Shown piece after piece: positions 1-7,715 of a DNA stretch of 64,000 nucleotides. Made by a program: the position numbers and the translations under genes. Within the stretch, counting starts at the first letter, position 1, and every line of letters begins with the position of its first letter. Where the stretch lies: positions 4,182-68,181 of the forward strand of contig CAWCVQ010000014.1 in NCBI GenBank assembly GCA_963799025.1, given 5' to 3'. The DNA comes from an uncultured Acidobacteriaceae bacterium. Its GTDB lineage: Bacteria; Acidobacteriota; Terriglobia; Terriglobales; Acidobacteriaceae. Below the pieces are notes generated by a model, which worked only from the letters and a program-made list of their open reading frames with translations, was not told the origin of the DNA and did not search any database.

Positions 1-970
1 AAAATCCTCCGCCGAAAGCCTCGTTGAACACGCTGATGGCGTAATAGTCCGGATTGTCGCGCGTGGTCCCCAGTCCCACCATGTGGATGCTGCTTTGATT
101 CACGTCTTCTTTAGCGATCAGGTAATTGCCGGGAGAGACGGGCTGGTATTGAATTTGATTTTTCGGGATGGCCGGACCTTTGGGCCACGCGTCGAATGCG
201 GCGTGCAACTTGGATTCCATCGCGGCGGAATCGAAGTCCCCACTGATACCGAGAATAATGTTGTTGGGATGGACGTACTTGCCGTGCCAGTCGATCAGAT
301 CTTGTCGCGTTACCGCGGCTACGGTCGCGTATTCGCCCTGGCGGGCGTAGGGATTGTCGGCACCGTAGGCCAACTTCAGGGTCTCGCGGCGAGCGATTTC
401 CCCAATTTCGTCGTTGCGTCGCGAGATGGCGTCGAATAATTCTTTTTGCGCGATGTCGAGTTTATCGGCGCGGAATTCTGGGTTCTGCAACACGTCGGCG
501 AAAGCTTTGAATACATCGTCGAGGTCGCCCTTCAGGCATGACCAACTGATGGTGGTGGAGTCCGGGCCGCCGCCAGTTTCTACTTTCGCCGCGCGAACTT
601 CGAGGAAGTCGTCGAGCTGATCGCCGGTCTGCTTTTTTGTTCCGCCAGTACGCCAGACTTCACCGTAGATGTCGACCAAGCCAACCTTCGTTGCGGGTTC
701 ATTCACCGAGCCGCCGCGGATTCGTGCCGTGCCGTCGATGAGCGGCAGTTCATGATCTTCTTGGAGGAAAATCACCATGCCGTTCTTGAGTTCGATTCGC
801 TTGGGCTGTGGCGGTTTGAAAGCGGGCAGCGGCGGGATCTGGATCTCCTGCCAAGTTGCGGCCTGAGCGGAGGCTTGAGGAATGGTTGTGACGATAGAGA
901 GAAAAATCGCCGCGACCGCCATAATCATCGTAAGCAAAGGAAACTTTGCAAGCAGAGGAACCTTCCTCAT
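1..970 (-). CDS. M16-family peptidase-like protein, probable non-catalytic partner subunit (3' end runs off the window)
   Basis: My own translation of the minus strand from the ATG at 970-968 gives MRKVPLLAKFPLLTMIMAVAAIFLSIVTTIPQASAQ (signal peptide), then KNGMVIFLQEDHELPLIDGTARIRGG...GLVDIYGEVWRTGGT. The frame stays open to position 1. It is absent from the ORF track because there is no stop in the window. The position of the HxxEH zinc motif reads VDIYGEVW, with no His or Glu. The start overlaps the stop of the upstream M16 gene (ATGA at 967-970). Confidence 0.8.
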   Translation of the reverse strand, partial: MRKVPLLAKFPLLTMIMAVAAIFLSIVTTIPQASAQAATWQEIQIPPLPAFKPPQPKRIELKNGMVIFLQEDHELPLIDGTARIRGGSVNEPATKVGLVDIYGEVWRTGGTKKQTGDQLDDFLEVRAAKVETGGGPDSTTISWSCLKGDLDDVFKAFADVLQNPEFRADKLDIAQKELFDAISRRNDEIGEIARRETLKLAYGADNPYARQGEYATVAAVTRQDLIDWHGKYVHPNNIILGISGDFDSAAMESKLHAAFDAWPKGPAIPKNQIQYQPVSPGNYLIAKEDVNQSSIHMVGLGTTRDNPDYYAISVFNEAFGGGF

Positions 971-2529
971 TGCACACCTCCCTGATCGGCCGCGCCATTG
1001 GAGGAGTGGTCACCCGGAGATGATTCGCCTCGGCCCGTGGTTTCGATTTCACCGACCGTGCGATTGGTGTCGACGAACACTTGATTCGCGATCCGGCGAA
1101 TGTCGGCCTTGGTCACCTGGTCGATGCGGTCTACCGAGCGGAACAACTCGCGCCAGTCGCCGTAACGAGTTTGATAGGTTGCAAGTTGCGTCGCCAGACC
1201 CTCATTGTCCGCGAGGCCGCGAATCAGATTGGCTTTGGAGCGGGTCTTGATCATCTTCAATTCGTCGTCGGTGATGTCTTCTTTCTTCAGCTTCCCGATC
1301 TCTGCATGGATGGCGTCAGCCATTTCCTGGTTGGTGTGTCCGGGCAACGGTACAGCGTAGAAGGCGAACAAGTGCGGGTACTTGGTGCCGGGCATACCGG
1401 TAAATCCCGCCGAGTACGATGCGATTTTCTTGTCGCGTACCAGAGCACGATAAAGACGGGAAGTGCGGCCCTCCGACATCAGATCGGTAATCGCGTCGAA
1501 CACGGCATCGTCTTTGCTGCGATAATCGGGCCGATGGTAACCCTCCAGATAAAGCGGTTGCGAAGGATCTTTCAATACCACCCTGCGCTCAGAGTTTTGT
1601 GGCGGCTCGGTGGTTGTGGTCTCGTCGGGCTGGGGTCGCGCGGGCAGGCGGCCGAAATATTTTTCGAGAATGGGCATCGCCTGCGTGGCTTTTAAATCCC
1701 CGGCTACCGCGACCACCATGTTTGCGGGCACATAATATTCGTCGAAGAATTTCTGCGCCTCGGTGGCGGAGAAAGAGTTCAGATCGGCCATCCAGCCCAC
1801 GGTCGGCCGATGATACGGGTGAGCTTCAAACGCGGCGGCCGTGAACTGCTCGACCAGGCGCCCGGTAGGGTTGCTGTCCGTGCGCATGCGGCGCTCTTCG
1901 ATAACGACATTGCGCTCTTTATAAAACTCCCGCATCACGGGATGCAGGAACCGTTCAGATTCGAGGTAGGCCCAGAGTTCGAGGCGATTTTCCGGCAAAG
2001 AGTAGTGATAACCGGTCTCGTCGTAGCTAGTGAAGGCATTCATGTCCTCGCCGCCATTTTGCTCGACGAGCTTGCCGAAGGCGTTGCCCACGACATACTT
2101 ATCGGCCTCGGCGATCGCATCTTTCCACGCTTTCTCGAACTGCTTCAACTTCCCTTCATCGCGGCCCACTGTCTGGTCGCGCTCGGCAATGTAAGCGATA
2201 TAGGCAACTTCGACCTTTTCCAGGGCAACCTTTTCGGCAGCGTAGTTGGTGGTGCCGATCTTGTCGGTGCCCTTGAACGCCATATGCTCGAACATGTGGG
2301 CGAGCCCGGTTGCCCGTAACGGATCCTGAGCGGAACCCGCGTCCACCAGAGTAAAAAAGGAGAAAACAGGAGCCTCCGGGCGCTCGCAGATCATCAGCGT
2401 GAGCCCGTTTGAGAGCTTCTTGACCGTGATGCGCTTTTCAAAAGACGTGACATCTTGTGCCAGAGCGAAGGCCGATGGCAAAAAGAAGACCAGAAGGAAG
2501 ACCAGGGTAAGCTTTATACGGTGTTTCAT
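967..2529 (-). CDS. M16-family zinc metallopeptidase (pitrilysin/insulinase family), catalytic subunit
   Basis: The ORF is 967..2571. The inverted zinc motif HxxEH is present (GLAHMFEHMAFKGT). The likely start is MKHRIKLTLVFLLVFFLPSAFALAQD (signal peptide) at 2529, not the upstream Met at 2571. Confidence 0.9.
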   Translation of the reverse strand: MKHRIKLTLVFLLVFFLPSAFALAQDVTSFEKRITVKKLSNGLTLMICERPEAPVFSFFTLVDAGSAQDPLRATGLAHMFEHMAFKGTDKIGTTNYAAEKVALEKVEVAYIAYIAERDQTVGRDEGKLKQFEKAWKDAIAEADKYVVGNAFGKLVEQNGGEDMNAFTSYDETGYHYSLPENRLELWAYLESERFLHPVMREFYKERNVVIEERRMRTDSNPTGRLVEQFTAAAFEAHPYHRPTVGWMADLNSFSATEAQKFFDEYYVPANMVVAVAGDLKATQAMPILEKYFGRLPARPQPDETTTTEPPQNSERRVVLKDPSQPLYLEGYHRPDYRSKDDAVFDAITDLMSEGRTSRLYRALVRDKKIASYSAGFTGMPGTKYPHLFAFYAVPLPGHTNQEMADAIHAEIGKLKKEDITDDELKMIKTRSKANLIRGLADNEGLATQLATYQTRYGDWRELFRSVDRIDQVTKADIRRIANQVFVDTNRTVGEIETTGRGESSPGDHSSNGAADQGGVQ

Positions 2530-2742
2530 CGGACCTCCGAAGACTGCACGAGTATCTTCCTCAACAGACATTTGTTGGACGGAGCAACCGGGCAGAAGTT
2601 TGAAAGTACGTGGCCGGAAGCGAAGTTGTCAAACCGGGCTTGGCCTGAAGTCAGTCTAATCGGGATTTAAGGCGGGGGTTTAAGAACAACGCTGTATTTT
2701 GCGCGCCGCGGTATTTCGGGCACAATAGCACGCGGAGATCAT

Positions 2743-3795
2743 GTGACTGATTCGACCGTCGAGATTCAGGGCAAGTATCTGAAGCTGACGAACCTAGAGA
2801 AGGTGCTTTATCCGGCCACGGGGTTCACTAAGCAGCAGGTCATCGATTATTACGTGCGGATCGCGCCTGCCATCATCCCGCATCTGGCCGGACGCGCGCT
2901 CACACGAAAGCGTTATCCCGATGGCGTAGACGGCGAACCGTTCTTCGAGAAGAACGCTCCCAAGTACCGCCCGGACTGGGTTAAGACGGCTCCGATCTGG
3001 AGCGAGGGGAACCATCGCACGGTGCACTACGTTCTGGCGAATGACCTGCCGACACTGGTCTGGTTGGCCAATCTCGCGGCACTCGAGTTGCATCCGTCAT
3101 TGGCTCTGGCCAAGGACATCACTTGTCCCACGGAGATGGTGTTCGACCTCGATCCCGGGCCCCCGGCGAACATTGTGCAATGCTGCCAGGTAGGATTATG
3201 GCTGCGCGAGATCTTCGAGCACTTCAACTTGCAAAGTTTCCCCAAGACCTCCGGTTCGAAGGGGCTGCAACTTTACGTTCCGCTGAACACGCCGACGAAT
3301 TACGATGCCACCAAAACGTTTGCCCGCGCTCTGGCGCAGTTGTTGGAACAAGACCATCCCGAGATGGTCGTTTCCGATATGAAGAAGTCGCTCCGCACCG
3401 GCAAAGTGTTCGTTGATTGGAGTCAGAACGACGAGCACAAGACAACAGTCGCCGTCTATTCGCTGCGCGCACGAGAGCACCCCACAGTGTCAACCCCCGT
3501 AACTTGGGACGACGTGGAACGGACTTTCAAGAAGAAGGATGCCAGCTTGCTTGTATACGAAGCCCCGCAGGTGGTTTCGCGCTTTGAGAAAATCGGCGAT
3601 CTGTTTGCTCCTGTGATCACCTTGAAGCAGCGACTGCCAGATTTCAGATCCCTTACAAAGACCGTGGCAAACAAACCCGAACGCGTCGGTATCGCCGCCG
3701 AGCCCGACAAGCACGACTCACCACCCCGGAAAGTAGTCCGGAAGAAAAAATCCGCCGCAAAGAAGTCCATCCCAAAAAAGTTACGCAAGATATAA
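2743..3795 (+). CDS. Stand-alone LigD polymerase/primase domain protein (NHEJ)
   Basis: 350 aa with a GTG start. The sequence is typical of LigD-Pol: KLTNLEKVLYP..GFTK..VIDYY..IAP..LPHL..R.LT..RYPDG, ELHP, FDLDPG, KTSGSKGLQLYVPL, KVFVDWSQN. It ends in a Lys-rich tail (KKKSAAKKSIPKKLRKI). Confidence 0.85.
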   Translation: MTDSTVEIQGKYLKLTNLEKVLYPATGFTKQQVIDYYVRIAPAIIPHLAGRALTRKRYPDGVDGEPFFEKNAPKYRPDWVKTAPIWSEGNHRTVHYVLANDLPTLVWLANLAALELHPSLALAKDITCPTEMVFDLDPGPPANIVQCCQVGLWLREIFEHFNLQSFPKTSGSKGLQLYVPLNTPTNYDATKTFARALAQLLEQDHPEMVVSDMKKSLRTGKVFVDWSQNDEHKTTVAVYSLRAREHPTVSTPVTWDDVERTFKKKDASLLVYEAPQVVSRFEKIGDLFAPVITLKQRLPDFRSLTKTVANKPERVGIAAEPDKHDSPPRKVVRKKKSAAKKSIPKKLRKI

Positions 3796-3805
3796 TCCCG
3801 CTTTG

Positions 3806-3830
3806 TGTGGCGCGGGCGCCCCCCGCGTGG
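3806..3830. repeat. Short GC-rich palindromic repeat (gtgtggYgcgggcgcccccgc), copy 1
   Basis: gtgtggcgcgggcgccccccgcgtgg lies just after the ligD-pol stop. The cgcggg/cccgcg stem can form a hairpin. A near-identical copy lies after the argS stop (28885-28910). Confidence 0.6.
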
Positions 3831-3863
3831 TAAGCGAGAAAGCTTCGCCGCTCGAGTGCTCTT

Positions 3864-4580
3864 ATGCCGCAACTTTTCGTCGGAACCTCGGGGTGGGCTT
3901 ATCCAACCTGGAAGCCCGATTTTTATCCGCAAAAGCTGGCACAAAGAAAATTCCTGAATCACTACGCGACGCAACTCAATACCGTCGAAGTGAATTTTAC
4001 TTTCCGCCAACTGGTCAGAGAATCGACCATCCAGAACTGGCTGCAAGATACGCCCGCGCGCTTTCGTTTCGGCGTAAAGGCCCATCAGGTCATCACTCAC
4101 ATCAAGCGGCTCAAAGGGACGGAAGACTTCATCCCGCGATTTTTGGAGACTATCGAGCCCTTGGCCGCCTCGGGAAAGCTGGGCCCGGTGTTGTTCCAGC
4201 TTCCGCCGAATCTAAAAGCGGACGTGGCATTGCTGAGAGACTTTCTCGCGATTCTACCGCGCAGTGTTCCCGCCGCGTTTGAGTTCCGGCATGCGTCCTG
4301 GTTCAGCGACGCGACTTGGGATTTGCTGAAGTCGGCCAATGTGGCGTTGTGCGTAGCCGAGACGGAAACAATGACCACGCCAGAAGTGGCGACCGGCGCG
4401 TTCATCTATTACCGATTTCGCAAGCCGAGCTACACGGAGGAGGAACGGCGATCCATGATTGACCGCATTGGGCAACATATCGCCGCGGGACGCGACGTCT
4501 TTGCGTACTTCAAGCATGAAGAAACGCCGGAAGGCGCGCTCTATGCGGTCAATTTGCTGCGAGCCGTAAACCCGACGTGA
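3864..4580 (+). CDS. DUF72 family protein
   Basis: 238 aa. The N-terminus LFVGTSGWAYPTWKPDFYP and the motifs LNTVEVNFTFRQ and FEFRHASW are typical of DUF72 (UPF0759). Confidence 0.85.
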   Translation: MPQLFVGTSGWAYPTWKPDFYPQKLAQRKFLNHYATQLNTVEVNFTFRQLVRESTIQNWLQDTPARFRFGVKAHQVITHIKRLKGTEDFIPRFLETIEPLAASGKLGPVLFQLPPNLKADVALLRDFLAILPRSVPAAFEFRHASWFSDATWDLLKSANVALCVAETETMTTPEVATGAFIYYRFRKPSYTEEERRSMIDRIGQHIAAGRDVFAYFKHEETPEGALYAVNLLRAVNPT

Positions 4581-4610
4581 TCACAGCCGCATCTGCCTAA
4601 TCACTTTCCC

Positions 4611-5690
4611 ATGCCTTCGATAGCTGTCAGACTGAATCTCTTCTCTGCTATGACTTCCGAGGCGAACTCGCGTGTGCTATCGGACTTTCTCAATTACCTG
4701 CGTATTGAGAAGGGACTGGCGCGACTAACGATCAGCGCTTATAGCACTGACATACTTCAATTCGCCGAATTCCTGGAAAAACGAAAGCGGCTCCTGTTCA
4801 CCGCGCGCCGCGACGATGTGCGAGAATTTCTGCAGCAGCTTTTTTCTCATCAAGTAGACGCGCGAAGCGTGGGACGGAAGCTTTCCGCGCTGCGCCACCT
4901 CTATCGCTATCTGCTGCTCGATAAGAAAATCGATTACGATCCAACCTTGAATATTGAATCGCCGCGCCAGTGGAAAGTATTGCCGAAATCGCTGGCGCGT
5001 GATGAAGTCGATTCGACACTGGCCTCTCCGTTTGCGCGGCTAGCGGGAAATCGTAATTCGAAGGATGCGGCAGCCCTGGCGGCTCGCGATCGGGCCATGC
5101 TGGAACTTCTCTACGCAGGAGCGCTTCGAGTTTCGGAGATGGTGAATGCCACCCTGGAAGATTTGAAGCTGGAATCCGGGTACATGATCGTGCGCGGCAA
5201 GGGAGAGAAGGAACGCATCGTACCGCTGGGCAGACCGGCACAGGACGCGCTTGCGGAATATCTAGCGCAGGGGCGTCCTGCGCTAATCGAGAGGCGGGCG
5301 TCGAAAACACCCCACCCTTCGACAGGCTCAGGGCAAGCCTTCTCGCAAAAGACGCGAGAAATGGGACACCCAAGCCCGATTATCAAGGGTCTGAATTCTC
5401 CAGTTCTGTTTATCGCCCGGGGCGGTAGAAAATTAACCCGGCAGCGGGTGTGGCAGATGGTCGGCGCCGCGTCGGTTGCTTCCGGACGGCACGCGTCACC
5501 GCACATGATGCGGCACTCTTGCGCCACCCACATGGTGGAGAACGGGGCGGATCTTCGCACTGTGCAGACCATTTTGGGCCACGCAGACATTTCAACCACG
5601 CAGGTATACACGCATGTAGCAATGGACCGGTTAAGGACCGTGTATCGGGCGCATCATCCGAGGGCGAAGGCAAGGCGAGGCAATTGTTGA
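4611..5690 (+). CDS. xerD: Tyrosine site-specific recombinase, XerD-like, with an in-frame ~34-aa insertion
   Basis: 359 aa. The N-terminal SAM-like domain reads FLNYLRIEKGLARLTISAYSTDI. The catalytic region has RDRAMLELLYAGALRVSE, HMMRHSCATHM and a C-terminus LGHADISTTQVYTHVAMDRLRTVYRAHHPRA, which resembles E. coli XerD (from memory). The true start may be the Met at 4650 (MTSEANS). Confidence 0.85.
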   Translation: MPSIAVRLNLFSAMTSEANSRVLSDFLNYLRIEKGLARLTISAYSTDILQFAEFLEKRKRLLFTARRDDVREFLQQLFSHQVDARSVGRKLSALRHLYRYLLLDKKIDYDPTLNIESPRQWKVLPKSLARDEVDSTLASPFARLAGNRNSKDAAALAARDRAMLELLYAGALRVSEMVNATLEDLKLESGYMIVRGKGEKERIVPLGRPAQDALAEYLAQGRPALIERRASKTPHPSTGSGQAFSQKTREMGHPSPIIKGLNSPVLFIARGGRKLTRQRVWQMVGAASVASGRHASPHMMRHSCATHMVENGADLRTVQTILGHADISTTQVYTHVAMDRLRTVYRAHHPRAKARRGNC

Positions 5691-5757
5691 TTGTTGATTG
5701 GAAATCATCGCAAGCGTTTCTTGGTGAGCTTTTCAATCAACAATCAAAAATCAACAA
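5684..5757. repeat. Heptad direct repeats forming a 14-bp perfect inverted repeat between xerD and xerC
   Basis: The left arm is ttgttgattgttgattg (5684-5700) and contains the xerD TGA at 5688-5690. The right arm is caatcaacaatcaaaaatcaacaa (5734-5757) and abuts the xerC ATG. TTGATTGTTGATTG (5687-5700) is exactly complementary to CAATCAACAATCAA (5734-5747). The loop is 33 nt. Confidence 0.7.
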
Positions 5758-6662
5758 TGACCAAGGCGCGCACCATCGTCGAGAAAGCAGTAGCAGATTT
5801 TCTCAGCAACCTGGGCGAGCGCAACGCCTCGCCGCACACCATCAAAGCGTATCGCGGAGATCTAGTGAACTTCGCTGCGTACGCGGGTTCGCGGGGATGG
5901 AAATCGCTCGACCACATCGCGATTCGCGGATTTCTCGCGCAGCTTTACGAAAAAGGTTTGGGCAAGACTTCCGTGGCGCGATCCCTGGCGGCGGTGAGAT
6001 CTCTCTATCGCTGGCTCGCGCGGGAGGGCGTGGTCGAACAGAATCCCGCAAAACTTGTGGCGACACCCAAGCTGGCCAAGAGACTTCCGCGCGTCCCGAC
6101 CATTGAAGAGATGAACTCTGTGCTCGACTCGCAAATGCCGGCAACGGCATCTTTTCCCGAGCGCGACCGACTGATGCTCGAACTGCTCTATGGATGCGGC
6201 GTCCGCAACTCGGAGCTGATCGGAATCAATCTCGACGACATTCGCCTGAGCGCCGAAGCAATTCTGATTCGTGGTAAGGGAAAGAAAGAACGCTACGTTG
6301 CGTTCGGCGATTCGGTAAAGAGCGCTCTGGCAGCTTATCTTCCGGCGCGACAGGCGGCTCTGGCAGAAACCCGCAAGAACACGTCAGCGCTGCTCATCAA
6401 TCAGCGCGGCGGTCGGTTGACCACCCGCAGCGTAGGCCGCATCATCAAAAAAATCGCCGTTGCGAACGGCCTTTCGCCGGACGTACATCCCCACACCCTA
6501 CGCCATGCCTTTGGCACGCACATGTTGGAAGAAGGCGCCGACCTGCGCGCTATTCAGGAATTACTCGGCCACGAGCGTCTTGCCACTACGCAGCGCTATA
6601 CGCAACTCTCCATGAAGCACGTTCTTCACGTTTACGATCAAACGCATCCTCGCGCGAAATAG
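5757..6662 (+). CDS. xerC: Tyrosine site-specific recombinase, XerC-like
   Basis: The ORF is 5691..6662. The likely start is [16 protein letters not shown] at 5757. Motifs present: [45 protein letters not shown], and the C-terminus [32 protein letters not shown], which is XerC-like. Confidence 0.85.
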   Translation: MTKARTIVEKAVADFLSNLGERNASPHTIKAYRGDLVNFAAYAGSRGWKSLDHIAIRGFLAQLYEKGLGKTSVARSLAAVRSLYRWLAREGVVEQNPAKLVATPKLAKRLPRVPTIEEMNSVLDSQMPATASFPERDRLMLELLYGCGVRNSELIGINLDDIRLSAEAILIRGKGKKERYVAFGDSVKSALAAYLPARQAALAETRKNTSALLINQRGGRLTTRSVGRIIKKIAVANGLSPDVHPHTLRHAFGTHMLEEGADLRAIQELLGHERLATTQRYTQLSMKHVLHVYDQTHPRAK

Positions 6663-6800
6663 CAGCCTTTCCGGCACCTGTTACCACAGTAATTTGGTTG
6701 TTTTCGACTCGCGAGTCGAAAATGCTGAAAGAACGGGAAAGCTACGGCCGAAGTCGCTGTTGTCGATTTCAGGTTCGGTACCTCTACCCGGGGAGGCACT

Positions 6801-7715
6801 GTGCGCAAAATCAATCCGGAACTCTGGCTGCTGCTGTTTCTAGTGCTGATTGCTGCGATGTTGAATTTTCTGGTCGCCTCGCAGCGGATGGCGTTGGTTT
6901 TTTATTTTCTTCCTACACTTTTTTCCGCTTATCACTTCGGACGTCGGCACGCCACGCTCACTGCAGTCGCCAGCGTCGTACTGGTCGTTCTACTCGCGTT
7001 CCTGAATCCTGCCATGTTTACCCGGCGCGTTGAACTGCCGTTTGACGCCCGCTGGTTCGACCTGACGCTTTGGGGTGGAGTCCTGATGATCGCCGGTTAC
7101 GCGACCGGAACGCTCTACGAACGCAATCAGAAAACATTGCGGGAGATGGAAGACGGCTACGATGGGATGCTGGTGATCTTGCAGAATTTCCTGGCCAATC
7201 AAAAACATAGCGAGACGCAGGCGTATCGTATTTCAATGTGCGCCACCAAGATTGCCGAAGCGGTAGGATTGGACTCGGGCAGCGTCGAAGACATTCGCAC
7301 TGCGGCGCTCCTATTCAACATGAAGGAATTGGGAATCCCCAACGAAGTTCTCTGCAAAGCGGCGCAGGTTTCCCAGGAGGATTTGCAACAGGCGATGCGG
7401 ACTCGCAGCCAGCCAGATACTAAGGCGGGCTCGAGGGGCGGATCATTGCGGCGAGCGATTCCTATTTTTCTCTCGGAGCGACAGTTGCGCCAAACTGGGA
7501 GCAAACCTGAGGATGCCTCGTTCGAAGTCCAAGTGCTGCTGCTCGCGGAAGAGTATCAAGCCCTCACGAGTGGAGAAAGAGGCGCAAGCACAAAGATGTC
7601 ACCCGCGCAGGCAGGGCAAGAAGTGATCAAACGCGCCGGAACCCGCTACGATTCACTCGTGCTCAACGGCTTCACCACTGCCTTCGGCGGACAGGCCACT
7701 GGCGCTGGCGCCTGA
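6801..7715 (+). CDS. Membrane protein with a degenerate HD-GYP-like domain
   Basis: 304 aa with a GTG start and about 4 N-terminal TM helices. The C-terminal region aligns by eye with HD-GYP domains (IAEAVGLDSGSVEDIRTAALLFNMKELGIPNEVLCKAAQVSQEDL; LLLAEEYQALTS; AGTRYDSLVLNGF). The HD dyad position reads FN, and no GYP motif is visible. Confidence 0.55.
   Translation: MRKINPELWLLLFLVLIAAMLNFLVASQRMALVFYFLPTLFSAYHFGRRHATLTAVASVVLVVLLAFLNPAMFTRRVELPFDARWFDLTLWGGVLMIAGYATGTLYERNQKTLREMEDGYDGMLVILQNFLANQKHSETQAYRISMCATKIAEAVGLDSGSVEDIRTAALLFNMKELGIPNEVLCKAAQVSQEDLQQAMRTRSQPDTKAGSRGGSLRRAIPIFLSERQLRQTGSKPEDASFEVQVLLLAEEYQALTSGERGASTKMSPAQAGQEVIKRAGTRYDSLVLNGFTTAFGGQATGAGA

Noticed and set aside
3456-4100. 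214-aa minus-strand ORF bridging ligD-pol and the DUF72 gene.
   Set aside because: It is antisense to two well-supported genes and crosses their intergenic repeat. It has no motifs.
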